Shown here one piece after another: positions 1 through 12,490 of a DNA stretch of 64,000 nucleotides. Source of the DNA: an uncultured Bdellovibrionales bacterium (lineage in GTDB: Bacteria > Patescibacteriota > Minisyncoccia > Moranbacterales > UBA2206); assembly GCA_964538685.1 (NCBI GenBank), contig CAZIFD010000001.1, positions 13,221 to 77,220 on the forward strand, written 5' to 3'. Position 1 is the stretch's first letter. The number at the start of each line of letters is the position of its first letter. The notes beneath the pieces are model-generated. The model worked only from the letters and a program-made list of their open reading frames with translations. It did not search any database and was not told where the DNA came from. The translations under genes were made by a program, and so were the position numbers.

Positions 1-28
1 TACGCGGGAATGACAAAATAACAAAAAT

Positions 29-541
29 ATGACACAAAAAACAAAAATCATCACAGTCAATGACAAGATGCAAAGGGGATACAAATATGAACTGACCGAG
101 CCGATGGGGAAGAATTTTGATCCGGATTTTGGGCCGGAACTCACACCCAAAGAAATGCTTACGCTTGGAGTTTTTGGCGGAAAATATATGACCGATTGCC
201 AAAAGGAATTTCCCGCCGATTGGTTCCGGAAAGCCAAGCTCAATTCCAAGTTTCATGATCCGAAACTTAATTTTTTTGGCGTCAACGCTTCGCAGCCACT
301 TTCGGTCTGGAAAAAGAAAGGTTGGATTTGGGCAGACGATCCCAGAGGTTGGTTCCAATGGTATTGCCGTTATTATCTAGGAAGAAGATGCGAAGATGAC
401 GAGCGACAGATTAAAAGGTGGAAAGCCATCGTCCGGCATATCGCCCAGATAAAAAAGAATTGCCGAAAGGGCGACTTTTCTTGTCGGGCTCGTCAAAGAC
501 AAGCGGTTTTGCATTGGGCGTACGATTCCAGGAAGATGTAG
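29..541 (+). CDS. conserved hypothetical protein (170 aa; Trp/Arg-rich C-terminus)
   Basis: Long ORF with ATG start and no overlapping alternative. I do not recognise a family. Confidence 0.45.
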   Translation: MTQKTKIITVNDKMQRGYKYELTEPMGKNFDPDFGPELTPKEMLTLGVFGGKYMTDCQKEFPADWFRKAKLNSKFHDPKLNFFGVNASQPLSVWKKKGWIWADDPRGWFQWYCRYYLGRRCEDDERQIKRWKAIVRHIAQIKKNCRKGDFSCRARQRQAVLHWAYDSRKM

Positions 542-666
542 GGAGAATGAATATGCTGTTGTTGAACAACGAAATATCTTATTTTCCAATTTCTTCTTTC
601 TTTTGCCAAAAATCTATTTTTCCGCTATACTTAAGGAGTCAGAAAAAGGCAAAATAAAGATAAAAT

Positions 667-1038
667 ATGACACTTAGATCCTATATTTGGGGACTTCGGA
701 TTATTAATCTGATTTCCTTATCTGCTTTGGCTTTGGTAATTATTTTCATTGATCCGGAAAAATCGGGAGTTTTAGGAATAGCTATTTTTTATGCAGTTCT
801 TTTTTTTGCCCTAAGCGGACTTTTTAATTTAATACTTTTGTGGATCAGAAGGTCAACTCTGGGAAGCGAAGCGGCCTTTTCTAGTGTTAATCTAAGTTTT
901 CGCCAAGGAATTCTTTTGGCAATTTTTGTGGTTGGACTTTTGATTTTACAAAGTTTTAGGATTTTAGTCTGGTGGGACGGACTGTTGCTTTTGGGAGGAG
1001 TTTTTCTGGTTGAATTATATTTTTTGTCTAGAAAGTAA
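667..1038 (+). CDS. small integral membrane protein (3-4 predicted TM helices)
   Basis: Hydrophobic 123-aa ORF between two + strand genes. Confidence 0.4.
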   Translation: MTLRSYIWGLRIINLISLSALALVIIFIDPEKSGVLGIAIFYAVLFFALSGLFNLILLWIRRSTLGSEAAFSSVNLSFRQGILLAIFVVGLLILQSFRILVWWDGLLLLGGVFLVELYFLSRK

Positions 1039-1054
1039 TTTTTTTATTTGTTAA

Positions 1055-3079
<2,025 letters not shown>

Positions 3080-3133
3080 GTTTGCTTATTTTTCTCGGAA
3101 AAATTATAATTGAGGAAGATATAAATATAAAAT

Positions 3134-5728
3134 ATGAGCGGTATGGAAAACCAAAAAGAAGAGCGTTCTTTGTTTCGGGGTATGTCCCAAAATAATCTTA
3201 AAATTTCCAAAGAAGAAAAAGAGGGCGGTTTGTTGGTGAGAATGGCTGATTTTATTTTGCGTTTAAGTTTCTTTTTTCTTTTTCTTGGTATCCCGTTATT
3301 TTTTTTGGGAACTTCTTTTCAGGGAATAGCTTTTGAAAAACAATATTATTTCTTTTTCTGGTTTTTAGTAGCACTTATTTCTTGGGCATTTAAGAGTGGT
3401 TATTTGGGCGAGATGAAAATCAGAAAAACTCCGCTTGATTTCCCTTTGCTTGCTTTTTGGTTAGTTTATGTTTTGGCGACAATTTTTTCAGCTGATCGCT
3501 GGCACAGTTTGCTGGGCTTTTTTGGAGATCCTTCGCGCGGATTGATTGGTATCACAGCTCTCATAATGACCTACTATTTGATTTTAAGTAATTTTAACAA
3601 AAAAAATTTTCGCTGGATTTTGTCGGGAATATTAATGTCCGGAAGCATAGTAATAATTTGGACATTGGCGGTGGTTTTTAATTGGATAGGCTTTCTGCCG
3701 GATAAATGGCTGACATATTTTCCGATTAATACTATTGGTTCAATGGGAGGATTGACTTTGTTTTTGGGAGCTTTTATTCCGATTTTGATGATGGAAATAT
3801 TCAGAATTCAAGAAAAAGAGAATAGCAAATTTAAAAAACCACTCTCAATTTTTTGGACAATTTTTATTTTCTTGGACATTCTGGCTATTTTCTCTCTTTA
3901 TTCTTATGCGCCTTGGTTGGCAATTTTGGTGGGCGTAGTTTTGTTTTTGGTTTTTATTTTAGCTAAAATAGTCCGTCCCAGAGGACACTGGACTTTTGTT
4001 TCCATGGCATCTTTCTTTTTGATCTTAGTTGCATTGATGGTTGGACGAGTAAATATTGCCAAAGTCAATTTACCGATAAATGTGAGTGTTCCGTATGAAA
4101 CTTCCTTGAAAATTGCCAAAGAAAGCATTAAAGAAAAATTTTTCTTGGGTTATGGATCGGGAAATTATGGAATGGCTTTTTCCAAAAATTTTCCTGTTGA
4201 ATTTGACAATTCAGGAGTCAGATTTTTTCAGGATAACGGAATTGTTTTGGAGGCAGTTTCTTCTGTCGGAGTTTTGGGCGCAGTCGTTTTGATTGTCTTG
4301 ATACTTACTTTTTTAGGGGTGGTATTGTTTCTTCTGTCTAGGGATAAGGAAAAAAATAAGTTAATTTCTTTGGGTTTGGTTTCTTCAATGATTTGCCTCT
4401 TGGCAGGAGTTGTTTCTCAAAGAACAGAATCTTCAATATTAATTTACACCGTTCTTTTGGGAGCTTTTTCTATGGCGGTTCTTTATTTGGAAAGTAATGT
4501 GGAAAAAGAGTTTTTCACATTGTCGCTCAAGGCATCGCCAAAATTCGCTTTGACTCTGGCTTTTATTTATTTATTAATTCTTTCTTCGGTTATTTTCCTC
4601 TTTGTTTTTTTGGGAAAAATTTTTATTGCTGATATTCAAGCGGGAAGTGCTGTCAGGGAAAGTTCGGTTAGAGAAGACGGTTCTGTTGCCAAAATGTATC
4701 AAGCTGTCAAAAATAATCCTAGAGAAAGTCGCTATTATATGCGATTGGGGCAAGAATATATGTCTCTTACCAATCAAGAAATGCTTAAGCCGGAAAATGA
4801 ACAGGATGTTAATAAAATTCAGAACTATTTGTCTTTGGCGATTCAATTTGGAAAAGTTGGAGAAAGCTTAGCTCAAAAAGATGTTCAGTCTATAGAAGGA
4901 CTTGCCTCATTGTATGAAAACTCTGGTCTTTACATTAAAGATGCACTCAAATCGGCTGAAGATGAATATAGAAAAGCAAGTGAGTTGGAACCAAATAATC
5001 CCGACTTTTATATCAAATTAGGTCAAATAAAACTGAAAATGCTGGAGCAGGGAGATGACAAGCAGGAAGCTAATAAAAAATTAATTGAGGAATCAAAGGA
5101 GCTTTTTCAGAAAGCCATATCGGTTAGAAAAAATTATCCGGTTGCTTATTATAATTTAGCTATTGCTCAAGAAAATCTTGGACAATTGGATGAAGCTATT
5201 GAAAATATGCAAATAGCAATTAACTTGCAAAGAAATAACGCCAATTTCATTTTTAATTTAGCCAGACTTTATCAAACCAGAGGCAAGGAAAATGATGGCA
5301 AGATGGCAGAAAGCTTGTACAAGTTTAATTTAGCCAGACTTTATCAAACCAGAGGCAAGGAAAATGATGGCAAGATGGCAGAAAGCTTGTACAAGCAGAT
5401 TTTAAGTGCCGATCCGAAAGAAATTAATACTCACTTCGGATTAGCCACTCTTTATGAAAAAGAAAGCCGAAAAGAAGATGCAATCAGCGAACTGGAAGAA
5501 GTAAAAAAACTTTTGCCGGAAAATTCCGAAGAGGCAAAGCAGAGAATTGAAAAGATGATTCAAAATATCAAATCGGGAATTCCCAATACTGTAGAAAATT
5601 TAAGAACAGAAAATCCGGAACCGACATCTGAAAATGTTGTTGAAGAAAATGCTCCAACTTCTTCAGCTGAGCCTTTAAATGAAGGAGCAGTTGTTGCTAA
5701 TCCGGATGATTCAATCAATAACCAATAA
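3134..5728 (+). CDS. polytopic membrane protein with C-terminal TPR repeat domain (N-terminal part resembles O-antigen-ligase/Wzy-like multi-TM domain)
   Basis: About 10 hydrophobic helices in the first 500 aa. The C-terminal third contains repeated 34-aa TPR-like units (AYYNLAIAQENLGQLDEAIENMQIAINL...). It also contains a perfect 72-bp tandem duplication. Confidence 0.6.
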   Translation: MSGMENQKEERSLFRGMSQNNLKISKEEKEGGLLVRMADFILRLSFFFLFLGIPLFFLGTSFQGIAFEKQYYFFFWFLVALISWAFKSGYLGEMKIRKTPLDFPLLAFWLVYVLATIFSADRWHSLLGFFGDPSRGLIGITALIMTYYLILSNFNKKNFRWILSGILMSGSIVIIWTLAVVFNWIGFLPDKWLTYFPINTIGSMGGLTLFLGAFIPILMMEIFRIQEKENSKFKKPLSIFWTIFIFLDILAIFSLYSYAPWLAILVGVVLFLVFILAKIVRPRGHWTFVSMASFFLILVALMVGRVNIAKVNLPINVSVPYETSLKIAKESIKEKFFLGYGSGNYGMAFSKNFPVEFDNSGVRFFQDNGIVLEAVSSVGVLGAVVLIVLILTFLGVVLFLLSRDKEKNKLISLGLVSSMICLLAGVVSQRTESSILIYTVLLGAFSMAVLYLESNVEKEFFTLSLKASPKFALTLAFIYLLILSSVIFLFVFLGKIFIADIQAGSAVRESSVREDGSVAKMYQAVKNNPRESRYYMRLGQEYMSLTNQEMLKPENEQDVNKIQNYLSLAIQFGKVGESLAQKDVQSIEGLASLYENSGLYIKDALKSAEDEYRKASELEPNNPDFYIKLGQIKLKMLEQGDDKQEANKKLIEESKELFQKAISVRKNYPVAYYNLAIAQENLGQLDEAIENMQIAINLQRNNANFIFNLARLYQTRGKENDGKMAESLYKFNLARLYQTRGKENDGKMAESLYKQILSADPKEINTHFGLATLYEKESRKEDAISELEEVKKLLPENSEEAKQRIEKMIQNIKSGIPNTVENLRTENPEPTSENVVEENAPTSSAEPLNEGAVVANPDDSINNQ

Positions 5729-5744
5729 ACGAACAAGCGGGCCC

Positions 5745-5773
5745 TTGACAGATTTTCAGGGCCTTGCTAAGAT
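5745..5773 (+). promoter_or_regulatory. candidate sigma70-type promoter (TTGACA-17-TAAGAT) upstream of the rRNA leader
   Basis: TTGACA at 5745-5750, a 17-nt spacer, TAAGAT at 5768-5773. A T-tract hairpin region follows at 5860-5890, so its assignment to the rRNA operon is uncertain. Confidence 0.3.
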
Positions 5774-6341
5774 GATTTTGCGTGCTAAAGAACACTTGAT
5801 GATAAGATTTGTTGAACAATTCAATAGGAAAAAAAGCGGGTGAATTTTAGGTTTTGTCTCTTGACAAAGACCCCGCTCCTGGCGCGGTTTTTTTATTTCT
5901 CAAATTTTGGCTCTGAAACAAATTTTTATTAAAGATTATTAATGAAAACTGTTTCCGCACCAAGCGAACTTTAAAAATTCAGAGGTCTTAATCAAAAGCT
6001 TTCTTTGCTTCTCGCGGAAAGAGAACAGGGTGGGCAAATTTTGATTAGTCTTAAATTAAGCAGTTGGTTTTCTTTGGTGATTACTAACTGCTAATCGAGT
6101 TTAATTTTATGAGCGGTAACACTAATGCATATGGTGGATGCCTTGACTCATGCAAGCGATGAAGGGCGTAGCTAGTTGCGATAAGCTTCGGGGAGTTGCT
6201 AAGCGAACTTTGATCCGGAGATTTCCGAATGGGATAACCCCTCCGACGTTATGTCGGAGATCCATGGCTGAATACATAGGCCATGGAAGCGCACCCTGGG
6301 AACTGAAACATCTTAGTACCAGGAGGAATAGAAATCAATAG

Positions 6342-6373
<32 letters not shown>

Positions 6374-8027
6374 ACAGCCTCGAGTCTTTAGCAATTGTGT
6401 TAATTGAACGGATTGGAAAGTCCGGCCAAAGAGGGTGAAAGCCCCGTAAATGAAAACACTTTTGTGGAACTAAGTCTCGGATAAGTAGGGCGGGACCGGA
6501 GAAATCCCGTTTGAAGATGGGAGCACTATCTTCCAAGGCTAAATATTGCATGAGATCGATAGCGAACCAGTACCGTGAGGGAAAGGTGAAAAGTATCCCG
6601 ATGAGGGAGATGAAATAGTATCTGAAACCATATGCTAACGAAGAGTCAGAGCGGCAGCTTGCTGCCGTAATGGCGTGCTTTTTGTAGAACGATCCAACGA
6701 GTTAGCTCTGTGTCGTTGGCTAAGCAACTTTGTTGCGGAGCCACAGTGAAAGCGAGCCTGAAAGGGCGAACATAATGGCACAGACTAGACCCGAAGCCAG
6801 GCGAGCTATTTATGAGCAGGGTGAATTTCGAGTAAAATCGAAAGGAGGCCCGAACCCACTGACCGTGCAACATCAGGGGATGACTTGTGAATAGAGGAGA
6901 AATTCCAATCGAGCTTGGCGATAGCTGGTTCTTCCCGAAATAGCTTGAGGGCTAGCGTCCTTTAAATGAGCACAAGAGGTAGAGCTACTGAATGAGATTG
7001 GCGCGGGCAACCGTAGCCGTTTCAACCAAACTCCGAATGCTTGTGTTTCTTATCTGGACAGTCAGAAATCCGGGGCTAAGCTCGGATTTCAAAAGGGTAA
7101 CAGCCCAGATCGCAATCTAAGGTCCCTAAATCTATGTTAAGTGGAAAAGGAAGTGAAGTTTCTTATACACCTAGGAGGTTGGCTTAGAAGCAGCCATCCT
7201 TTAAAGAGTGCGTAATAGCTCACTAGTCTAGAGACTTTGCGCCGAAAATGTAACGGGGCTAAAACATAGTACCGAAGATGCGGGTTCAGTATTGCGCTTG
7301 CGCAATATTGTCCGGTAGGGAAGTGTTCCATGTGCGCTGAAGCGTAAGGCGTGAGCCACCGTGGAGTGCATGGAAGTAAGAATGTTGGAATTAGTAACCG
7401 CAATTGGGGTGAGAACCCCCAACACCGAAAGTCTAAGGTTTCCTGGGCAATGCTGATCATCCCAGGGTTAGTCGGGCCTAAGGCGAGGCCGAAAGGCGTA
7501 GTCGATGGACACAAGGTTAATATTCCTTGACTTAGGTATTGTTCGATGGAGTGACGTATTTCAGTATGTTTTGCGCCTTATTGGATTGGCGTAGGCGCAC
7601 TTAGGATGTTTCCCAGGCAAATCCGGGAAACACAAGTCCAAGGTGTGACTGGAAGCTTTGCTATGGCAAGGTTAACAAAACAAAGCGGAGTACCGAGAAA
7701 AACTTCTAAGGCTAGCAATATCTAATCCGTACTAAAACCGACACAGGTAGACTGGGCGAGTAGCCTAAGGTGAACGAGTGAACCTTCGTTAAGGAACTCG
7801 GCAAAATAGCTAGACGTAAGTTCGCAAGATGTCTTCCCTAATAGCAATATTAGGGCGCAGCGAAAGCTTTTCAAGCAACTGTTTACCAAAAACACAGGTC
7901 TCTGCAAACTCTCAAGAGGAGGTATAGGGGCTGACGCCTGACCAGTGCTGGAACGTTAACGGGAGCGGTTCACGCCAATCCCCGAAGCGCCAGTGAACGT
8001 CGGCGATAACTATAATCGTCCTAAGGT

Positions 8028-8841
8028 TTCGAAGCTTTTTTAGGAAGGCTTCGGAAGGACTGGGACGATTGTAGGAAAAGGTAAATAGAAAGTAAATCTA
8101 GATACGCAACAAGGAGAAAGTAACTGCTTATCTCGCATAAGCGAGATGTCCAAAAACATTCAGCTATATGCTGGAAGATCTGGTGAATCTGTAGCTACTA
8201 TGGTATAATTGTTCCATAGATTATTATCAAACGGATCCTCGTTTCCGCGAGGACAAGATTATGCCAAGTAAAAATGCTAACAGTGCAGAAAATCAGCAGG
8301 AAAGACTAAAAACAATTGGTTGGATAATTGGTTTCGTTGACGGAGAAGGATGTTTTTCAGTCAGTCTTTTTAGAAATAAAACTACGAAATTTGGATGGCA
8401 AGTGTTTCCAGAGTTTGTAGTGACGCAAGGAGAGAAAAGTAAAAATTCTCTCAAAATTCTTGATGAATTTTTCAAGTGTGGAAAGATTTATGTCAATAAA
8501 AGACATGATAACCACAAAGAGAATATTTATCGGTATTGTGTTAGGTCTAAGAAGGAACTGACAGAAATAATCATTCCATTCTTCCAAAACAATCAATTAA
8601 GAACAACCAAAAAAGAAGACTTTAGGATTTTCTCAAAAATTATTAAAATGATGAATAGAAATGTTCATTTAGAAATAAAAGGAATTAGAAAAATTGCAAA
8701 AATGATTGAGAAAATGAATCATAAAAAATCTTCCCAGTTTTTAGAATCCTCAGAGACTAAATGCTGAATCCAGTCCTTTGTTATGAAAGAGCTGGAAAAA
8801 TATAGTCCGATCTCTTGGGCGACCAAGAGCTAACACGAATG
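8028..8841 (+). mobile_element. group I intron inserted in the 23S rRNA cctaaggt|agcgaaattcc site (E. coli ~1917 region), carrying a homing endonuclease ORF
   Basis: The conserved 23S sequence cctaaggt (ends ~8027) resumes as agcgaaattccttgtcgggtaagttccgacc at 8842. About 814 nt intervene and contain the LAGLIDADG ORF. The boundaries are approximate. Confidence 0.7.
8261..8767 (+). CDS. LAGLIDADG-family homing endonuclease (intron-encoded)
   Basis: Motif IGWIIGFVDGEGCFSV (a LAGLIDADG block). The 168-aa ORF lies wholly inside the rRNA insertion. Confidence 0.8.
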   Translation: MPSKNANSAENQQERLKTIGWIIGFVDGEGCFSVSLFRNKTTKFGWQVFPEFVVTQGEKSKNSLKILDEFFKCGKIYVNKRHDNHKENIYRYCVRSKKELTEIIIPFFQNNQLRTTKKEDFRIFSKIIKMMNRNVHLEIKGIRKIAKMIEKMNHKKSSQFLESSETKC

Positions 8842-8876
<35 letters not shown>

Positions 8877-9250
8877 TCAATGGCGTAATGACTTGAAAAC
8901 TGTCTTAACGAAGAGCTCGGTGAAATTGCAATGACGGTAAAGATGCCGTCGACCTGCAGCAAGACGAAAAGACCCCGTGGAGCTTTACTACAACTTGGTA
9001 TTGATTTAGAGTTTGAGTTGTCTAGAATAGGTGGGAGACTTTGAAGTTCCGACGCTAGTCGGAATGGAGTCGCAATGTGTAATACCACTCTGTTTAAGTT
9101 TTAAATCTAACCCTGGTCTGTTATGAGTCAAGAAAGACGCATAAATGATGAACCAGAAAACTATACTCAATTTGTTTAGTGGTATTTTTCATGGTTCAAA
9201 AAATTTATGACGACTTGGTGATTCATACCAGACCGGGGACAGTGCCTGGT

Positions 9251-9296
<46 letters not shown>

Positions 9297-9444
9297 TTTA
9301 CAAAGGTTGGCTAACTTCGGATGGAAATCGAAGTGATAGTGCAAAAGCATAAGCCAGCTTTACTGCAAGACTTATTAGTCAATCAGTCACGAAAGTGGAA
9401 TTTAGTGAACCGACCATCCCATATAGGAGGATGGAAGATCATCA

Positions 9445-9477
<33 letters not shown>

Positions 9478-9503
9478 CCTCCCAAGAGTCCACATCGACG
9501 GAG

Positions 9504-9563
<60 letters not shown>

Positions 9564-10100
9564 TGGCTGTTCGCCAATTAAAGCGGTACGCGAGCTGGGT
9601 TCAAACCGTCGTGAGACAGGTTGGTCTCCTATCTGCTGTGGGCGCAAATTGCTTGCGAGGATTCTTTCCTAGTACGAGAGGACCGGAAAGAACGAACCTC
9701 TGGTGTGCCAGCTGTTCCGCCAGGAGCACCGCTGGGTAGCTAGGTTCGGTAAGGATAACCGCTGAAAGCATATAAGCGGGAAGCCCCCCTCTAGATTAGG
9801 CAATGCACAAGCTTGCTTGTGCCAATTTCCTGGAAGATGACCAGGTTGATAGGTCTCAGGTGTAAGCCGAGTGATCGGTTAAGCCAAGAGATACTAATGA
9901 ATTGAGCGTTATTCTCATAAAATTAAACACATAGCCCATAAAATTGAGTGCGTAAGGTGCCTTCCCGGTATTTTGCGAACCAACTTTATGCGTTATGCTT
10001 TCGGTTAGCGGTTAATAATTACCAAATTGATTTTTTTGTCAGTTTGTTGTATAATTATAAACAGGAAGAAATAAGATTAAAGACCTTAAAATTAGAAAAA

Positions 10101-10211
10101 ATGGCTAAGAAATACAAAGAAAGCCTGCGATTTATTTTGATAATATTTTCCGTAGTAGCTATTTCCGTGTTTTCGTTTTTGTTTTTTTCACCAGTCATAA
10201 AAGCATTTTAA
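10101..10211 (+). CDS. possible 36-aa single-TM micro-protein in the 23S-5S spacer (MAKKYKESLRFILIIFSVVAISVFSFLFFSPVIKAF)
   Basis: ATG with a hydrophobic helix. No clear Shine-Dalgarno. The tool's longer ORF (9948-10211) overlaps the 23S 3' end and is not credible. Confidence 0.2.
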   Translation: MAKKYKESLRFILIIFSVVAISVFSFLFFSPVIKAF

Positions 10212-10221
10212 TTTTTTGAAG

Positions 10222-10351
10222 GCATAGTATCCGGTGCTTCTAGCGAAGTGGGTACACCCGATCCCTTTCCGAACTCGGTCGTTAAGCACTTCAGCGCTGA
10301 TGGTATTCTTGAGCAATCAAGATAAGAGTAAGCCAGTGCCGGGTACTATGC
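10222..10351 (+). rRNA. rrf: 5S ribosomal RNA
   Basis: cacccgatccctttccgaactcggtcgttaagc...gcgctgatggta core. The ends ggcatagtatccgg and ccgggtactatgc pair as helix I. Confidence 0.8.
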
Positions 10352-10369
10352 TTTTAAATTTTTCTAAGA

Positions 10370-10400
10370 TAATAGGCGCCCAGAAATAGGCGCTCTTTTT
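10370..10400 (+). terminator. intrinsic terminator after 5S rRNA (GGCGCC-based hairpin + T6)
   Basis: taggcgcccagaaataggcgctctttttta. Confidence 0.5.
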
Positions 10401-10430
10401 TATTTAAGAAAATATGCTAAAATTAAGACT

Positions 10431-11276
10431 ATGGATAAAAATCAAAGAATTAAAAAAAGAATCATCATAATCGGAGTTTATTGTTTTATTTTATTTTTCG
10501 TTTTAGGAACTTTGTATTGGATTTTTAAAACCAAAGAAACTTGTTTTGATGGCATTAAAAATCAAGATGAAACGGAAATTGATTGTGGTGGATCAATGTG
10601 CCAAATATGCCGTCCTGAAGAGGTGATTGCTGAAACTTTGGCAATTGAAAAAGCTTTTTTTCTAAAAAGCGACAAGTTGGACAATATTGAAACCTTGGCT
10701 TTGATAAAAAATTCCAATGCCGATTTTGGTTCCGGAAGTTTTTCTTATCGTTTTGATCTCAAAAATTCCAAAGGAGAAGTCATTGCTTCCAGGAGCGGTA
10801 AAAGTTTTATTTTGCCGGGAGAAAATAAATATTTAGTTGAAAATGATATTGCTGTTTCTGAATATCCTTCCGAAGTGAAATTGGAAATTTTTGATGTGAG
10901 TTGGACAAAATCCAATGACTTGTATGAAAAGCCTCAACTTAAGATAGTTAACAAGCGTTACGACGAAACCAAAAACGGAGTTATTTTTGGAGAGGCGGTG
11001 GGCGTGCTTAGAAATGACAGTCCTTTTGATTTTAGTTTAATAAATGTGAGAGTGATTCTTTTTGATAGCAATGATATGATTTTGGCGGTCAACTCAACAG
11101 AAATGAGGACGGTAAAGTCCGGTGAAGAAAGAGAGTTTAGAGTTATTTGGCCGAACAAATTTTTGGGTTCAGAGTCAGTGAGCAGAATGGAAGTTCAAAG
11201 TGAGGTTAATGTTTTTGATTCGCAGATCTTTTTTGAAAGATACTTTGAGACGCAAAAATTCCAAGAGAATTTTTAG
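10431..11276 (+). CDS. hypothetical membrane-anchored/secreted protein (N-terminal TM, Cys-rich CxxC..CxxC stretch)
   Basis: 281-aa ORF with N-terminal hydrophobic helix IIIIGVYCFILFFVLGTLYWIF and the stretch CFDGIKNQDETEIDCGGSMCQIC. Confidence 0.5.
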   Translation: MDKNQRIKKRIIIIGVYCFILFFVLGTLYWIFKTKETCFDGIKNQDETEIDCGGSMCQICRPEEVIAETLAIEKAFFLKSDKLDNIETLALIKNSNADFGSGSFSYRFDLKNSKGEVIASRSGKSFILPGENKYLVENDIAVSEYPSEVKLEIFDVSWTKSNDLYEKPQLKIVNKRYDETKNGVIFGEAVGVLRNDSPFDFSLINVRVILFDSNDMILAVNSTEMRTVKSGEEREFRVIWPNKFLGSESVSRMEVQSEVNVFDSQIFFERYFETQKFQENF

Positions 11277-11288
11277 TCGGGAGCTTTT

Positions 11289-12392
11289 ATGTCAAAATTT
11301 GCAAAACTGGATTGGGTTATTGTGGTAGTGGTTTTTTTGCTGTTGCTTATTGGTAGCATAGTTATTTTCACTATTTCTTCCAATCCCGAAAGCCAAGCCT
11401 CTTTTTGGCAATTTAATAATTTTCACAAGCAGTTAGTCGCTGTGTTTTTGGGTTTGGTTTTGATGTTTTTATTTTCTTTCTATGATTATAGAATTCTCAA
11501 TTCTATGAGTACTAAGTTATATTTTTTGATGCTTATTCTTCTTGTTTGGGTTATTATTGGTGGAACGAACATCAGAGGAACTACCGGATGGATTCAATTG
11601 GGAGTATTTAATTTTCAGCCGGTTGAAGTGGCTAAATTGATTATGATAATCTTTCTGGCTAGTTTTTTGTCCAAAAAAAGAACCGAATTAAGTATTTTTG
11701 TTAGGATTGTTTCTTCTGTTGTTTTGGTAGGGCTTCCAATAGTGTTGATTATGCGCCAGCCGGATTTGGGTTCATCTTTGATTATTCTTGGCACTTGGGC
11801 GAGCATGTTGCTTTTTTCCGGAATTGGTAAAAAAAATATATTAATCTTGGGAGTTTTGGGTTTGGGAATTATTATTTCCAGCTGGTTTTTTTTGGAAAAT
11901 TATCAAATAGAACGGCTGACTAATTTTGTTAATCCTTACAGCGATCCAAAAGGCAGTGGCTATAATGTTATTCAGTCAATGGTGGCGGTGGGGTCAGGCG
12001 GAATTTGGGGAAAGGGCTTGGGACACGGATCACAGTCGCAACTCAATTTTTTGCCGGAAAAACACACTGATTTTATATTTGCGGTTATTTCAGAAGAGCT
12101 GGGATTTGTGGGAGCGTTGGTTGTTATCGTTCTTTTTGCCATTTTGTTTTTTAGAATCAAAGAGACGGCCAGATTGTCTCGGGACAATTTAGGTTATTTA
12201 ATTTGCGTCGGTTTTTTAACAATGCTTTTTCTTCAGACTTTTGTGAACATTGGAATGAATATCGGCTTGGCTCCGGTTACCGGAGTACCTTTGCCATTTT
12301 TGAGTTATGGAGGATCGGCAGTGATGGCTAATCTTTTGGGAATCGGAATTATTCTCAATATCGGGCGAAGAAAGATAAAATCTCTTGACTAA
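11289..12392 (+). CDS. ftsW: SEDS-family peptidoglycan glycosyltransferase (FtsW/RodA)
   Basis: Motifs GLGHGSQSQLNFLPEKHTDFIFAVISEELGFVGA and PLPFLSYGGSAV; 10-TM profile. Confidence 0.85.
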   Translation: MSKFAKLDWVIVVVVFLLLLIGSIVIFTISSNPESQASFWQFNNFHKQLVAVFLGLVLMFLFSFYDYRILNSMSTKLYFLMLILLVWVIIGGTNIRGTTGWIQLGVFNFQPVEVAKLIMIIFLASFLSKKRTELSIFVRIVSSVVLVGLPIVLIMRQPDLGSSLIILGTWASMLLFSGIGKKNILILGVLGLGIIISSWFFLENYQIERLTNFVNPYSDPKGSGYNVIQSMVAVGSGGIWGKGLGHGSQSQLNFLPEKHTDFIFAVISEELGFVGALVVIVLFAILFFRIKETARLSRDNLGYLICVGFLTMLFLQTFVNIGMNIGLAPVTGVPLPFLSYGGSAVMANLLGIGIILNIGRRKIKSLD

Positions 12393-12490
12393 AGCTTATT
12401 TTGTGCTAAAATGAGAAGACTTGTTTAATTTAATTCTAATTCGTTTGAGAGGTCTATATTTTAATATTAGACAGGTAGAACGGTAAAAAA

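Noticed and set aside
5856-5890. Second TTGACA promoter for rRNA at 5861
   Set aside because: The context (gcgggtgaa...ccccgc hairpin followed by T7) looks more like the terminator of the upstream TPR gene than a promoter. The rRNA promoter assignment is left open.
9060-9240. Second insertion/intron in the 23S gene (extra ~100 nt between gtaataccac and ggtagtttgactggggcgg)
   Set aside because: It falls in a known variable region, is too short for a group I or II intron, and contains no ORF. Most likely a lineage-specific expansion segment. An rRNA structural alignment would settle it.
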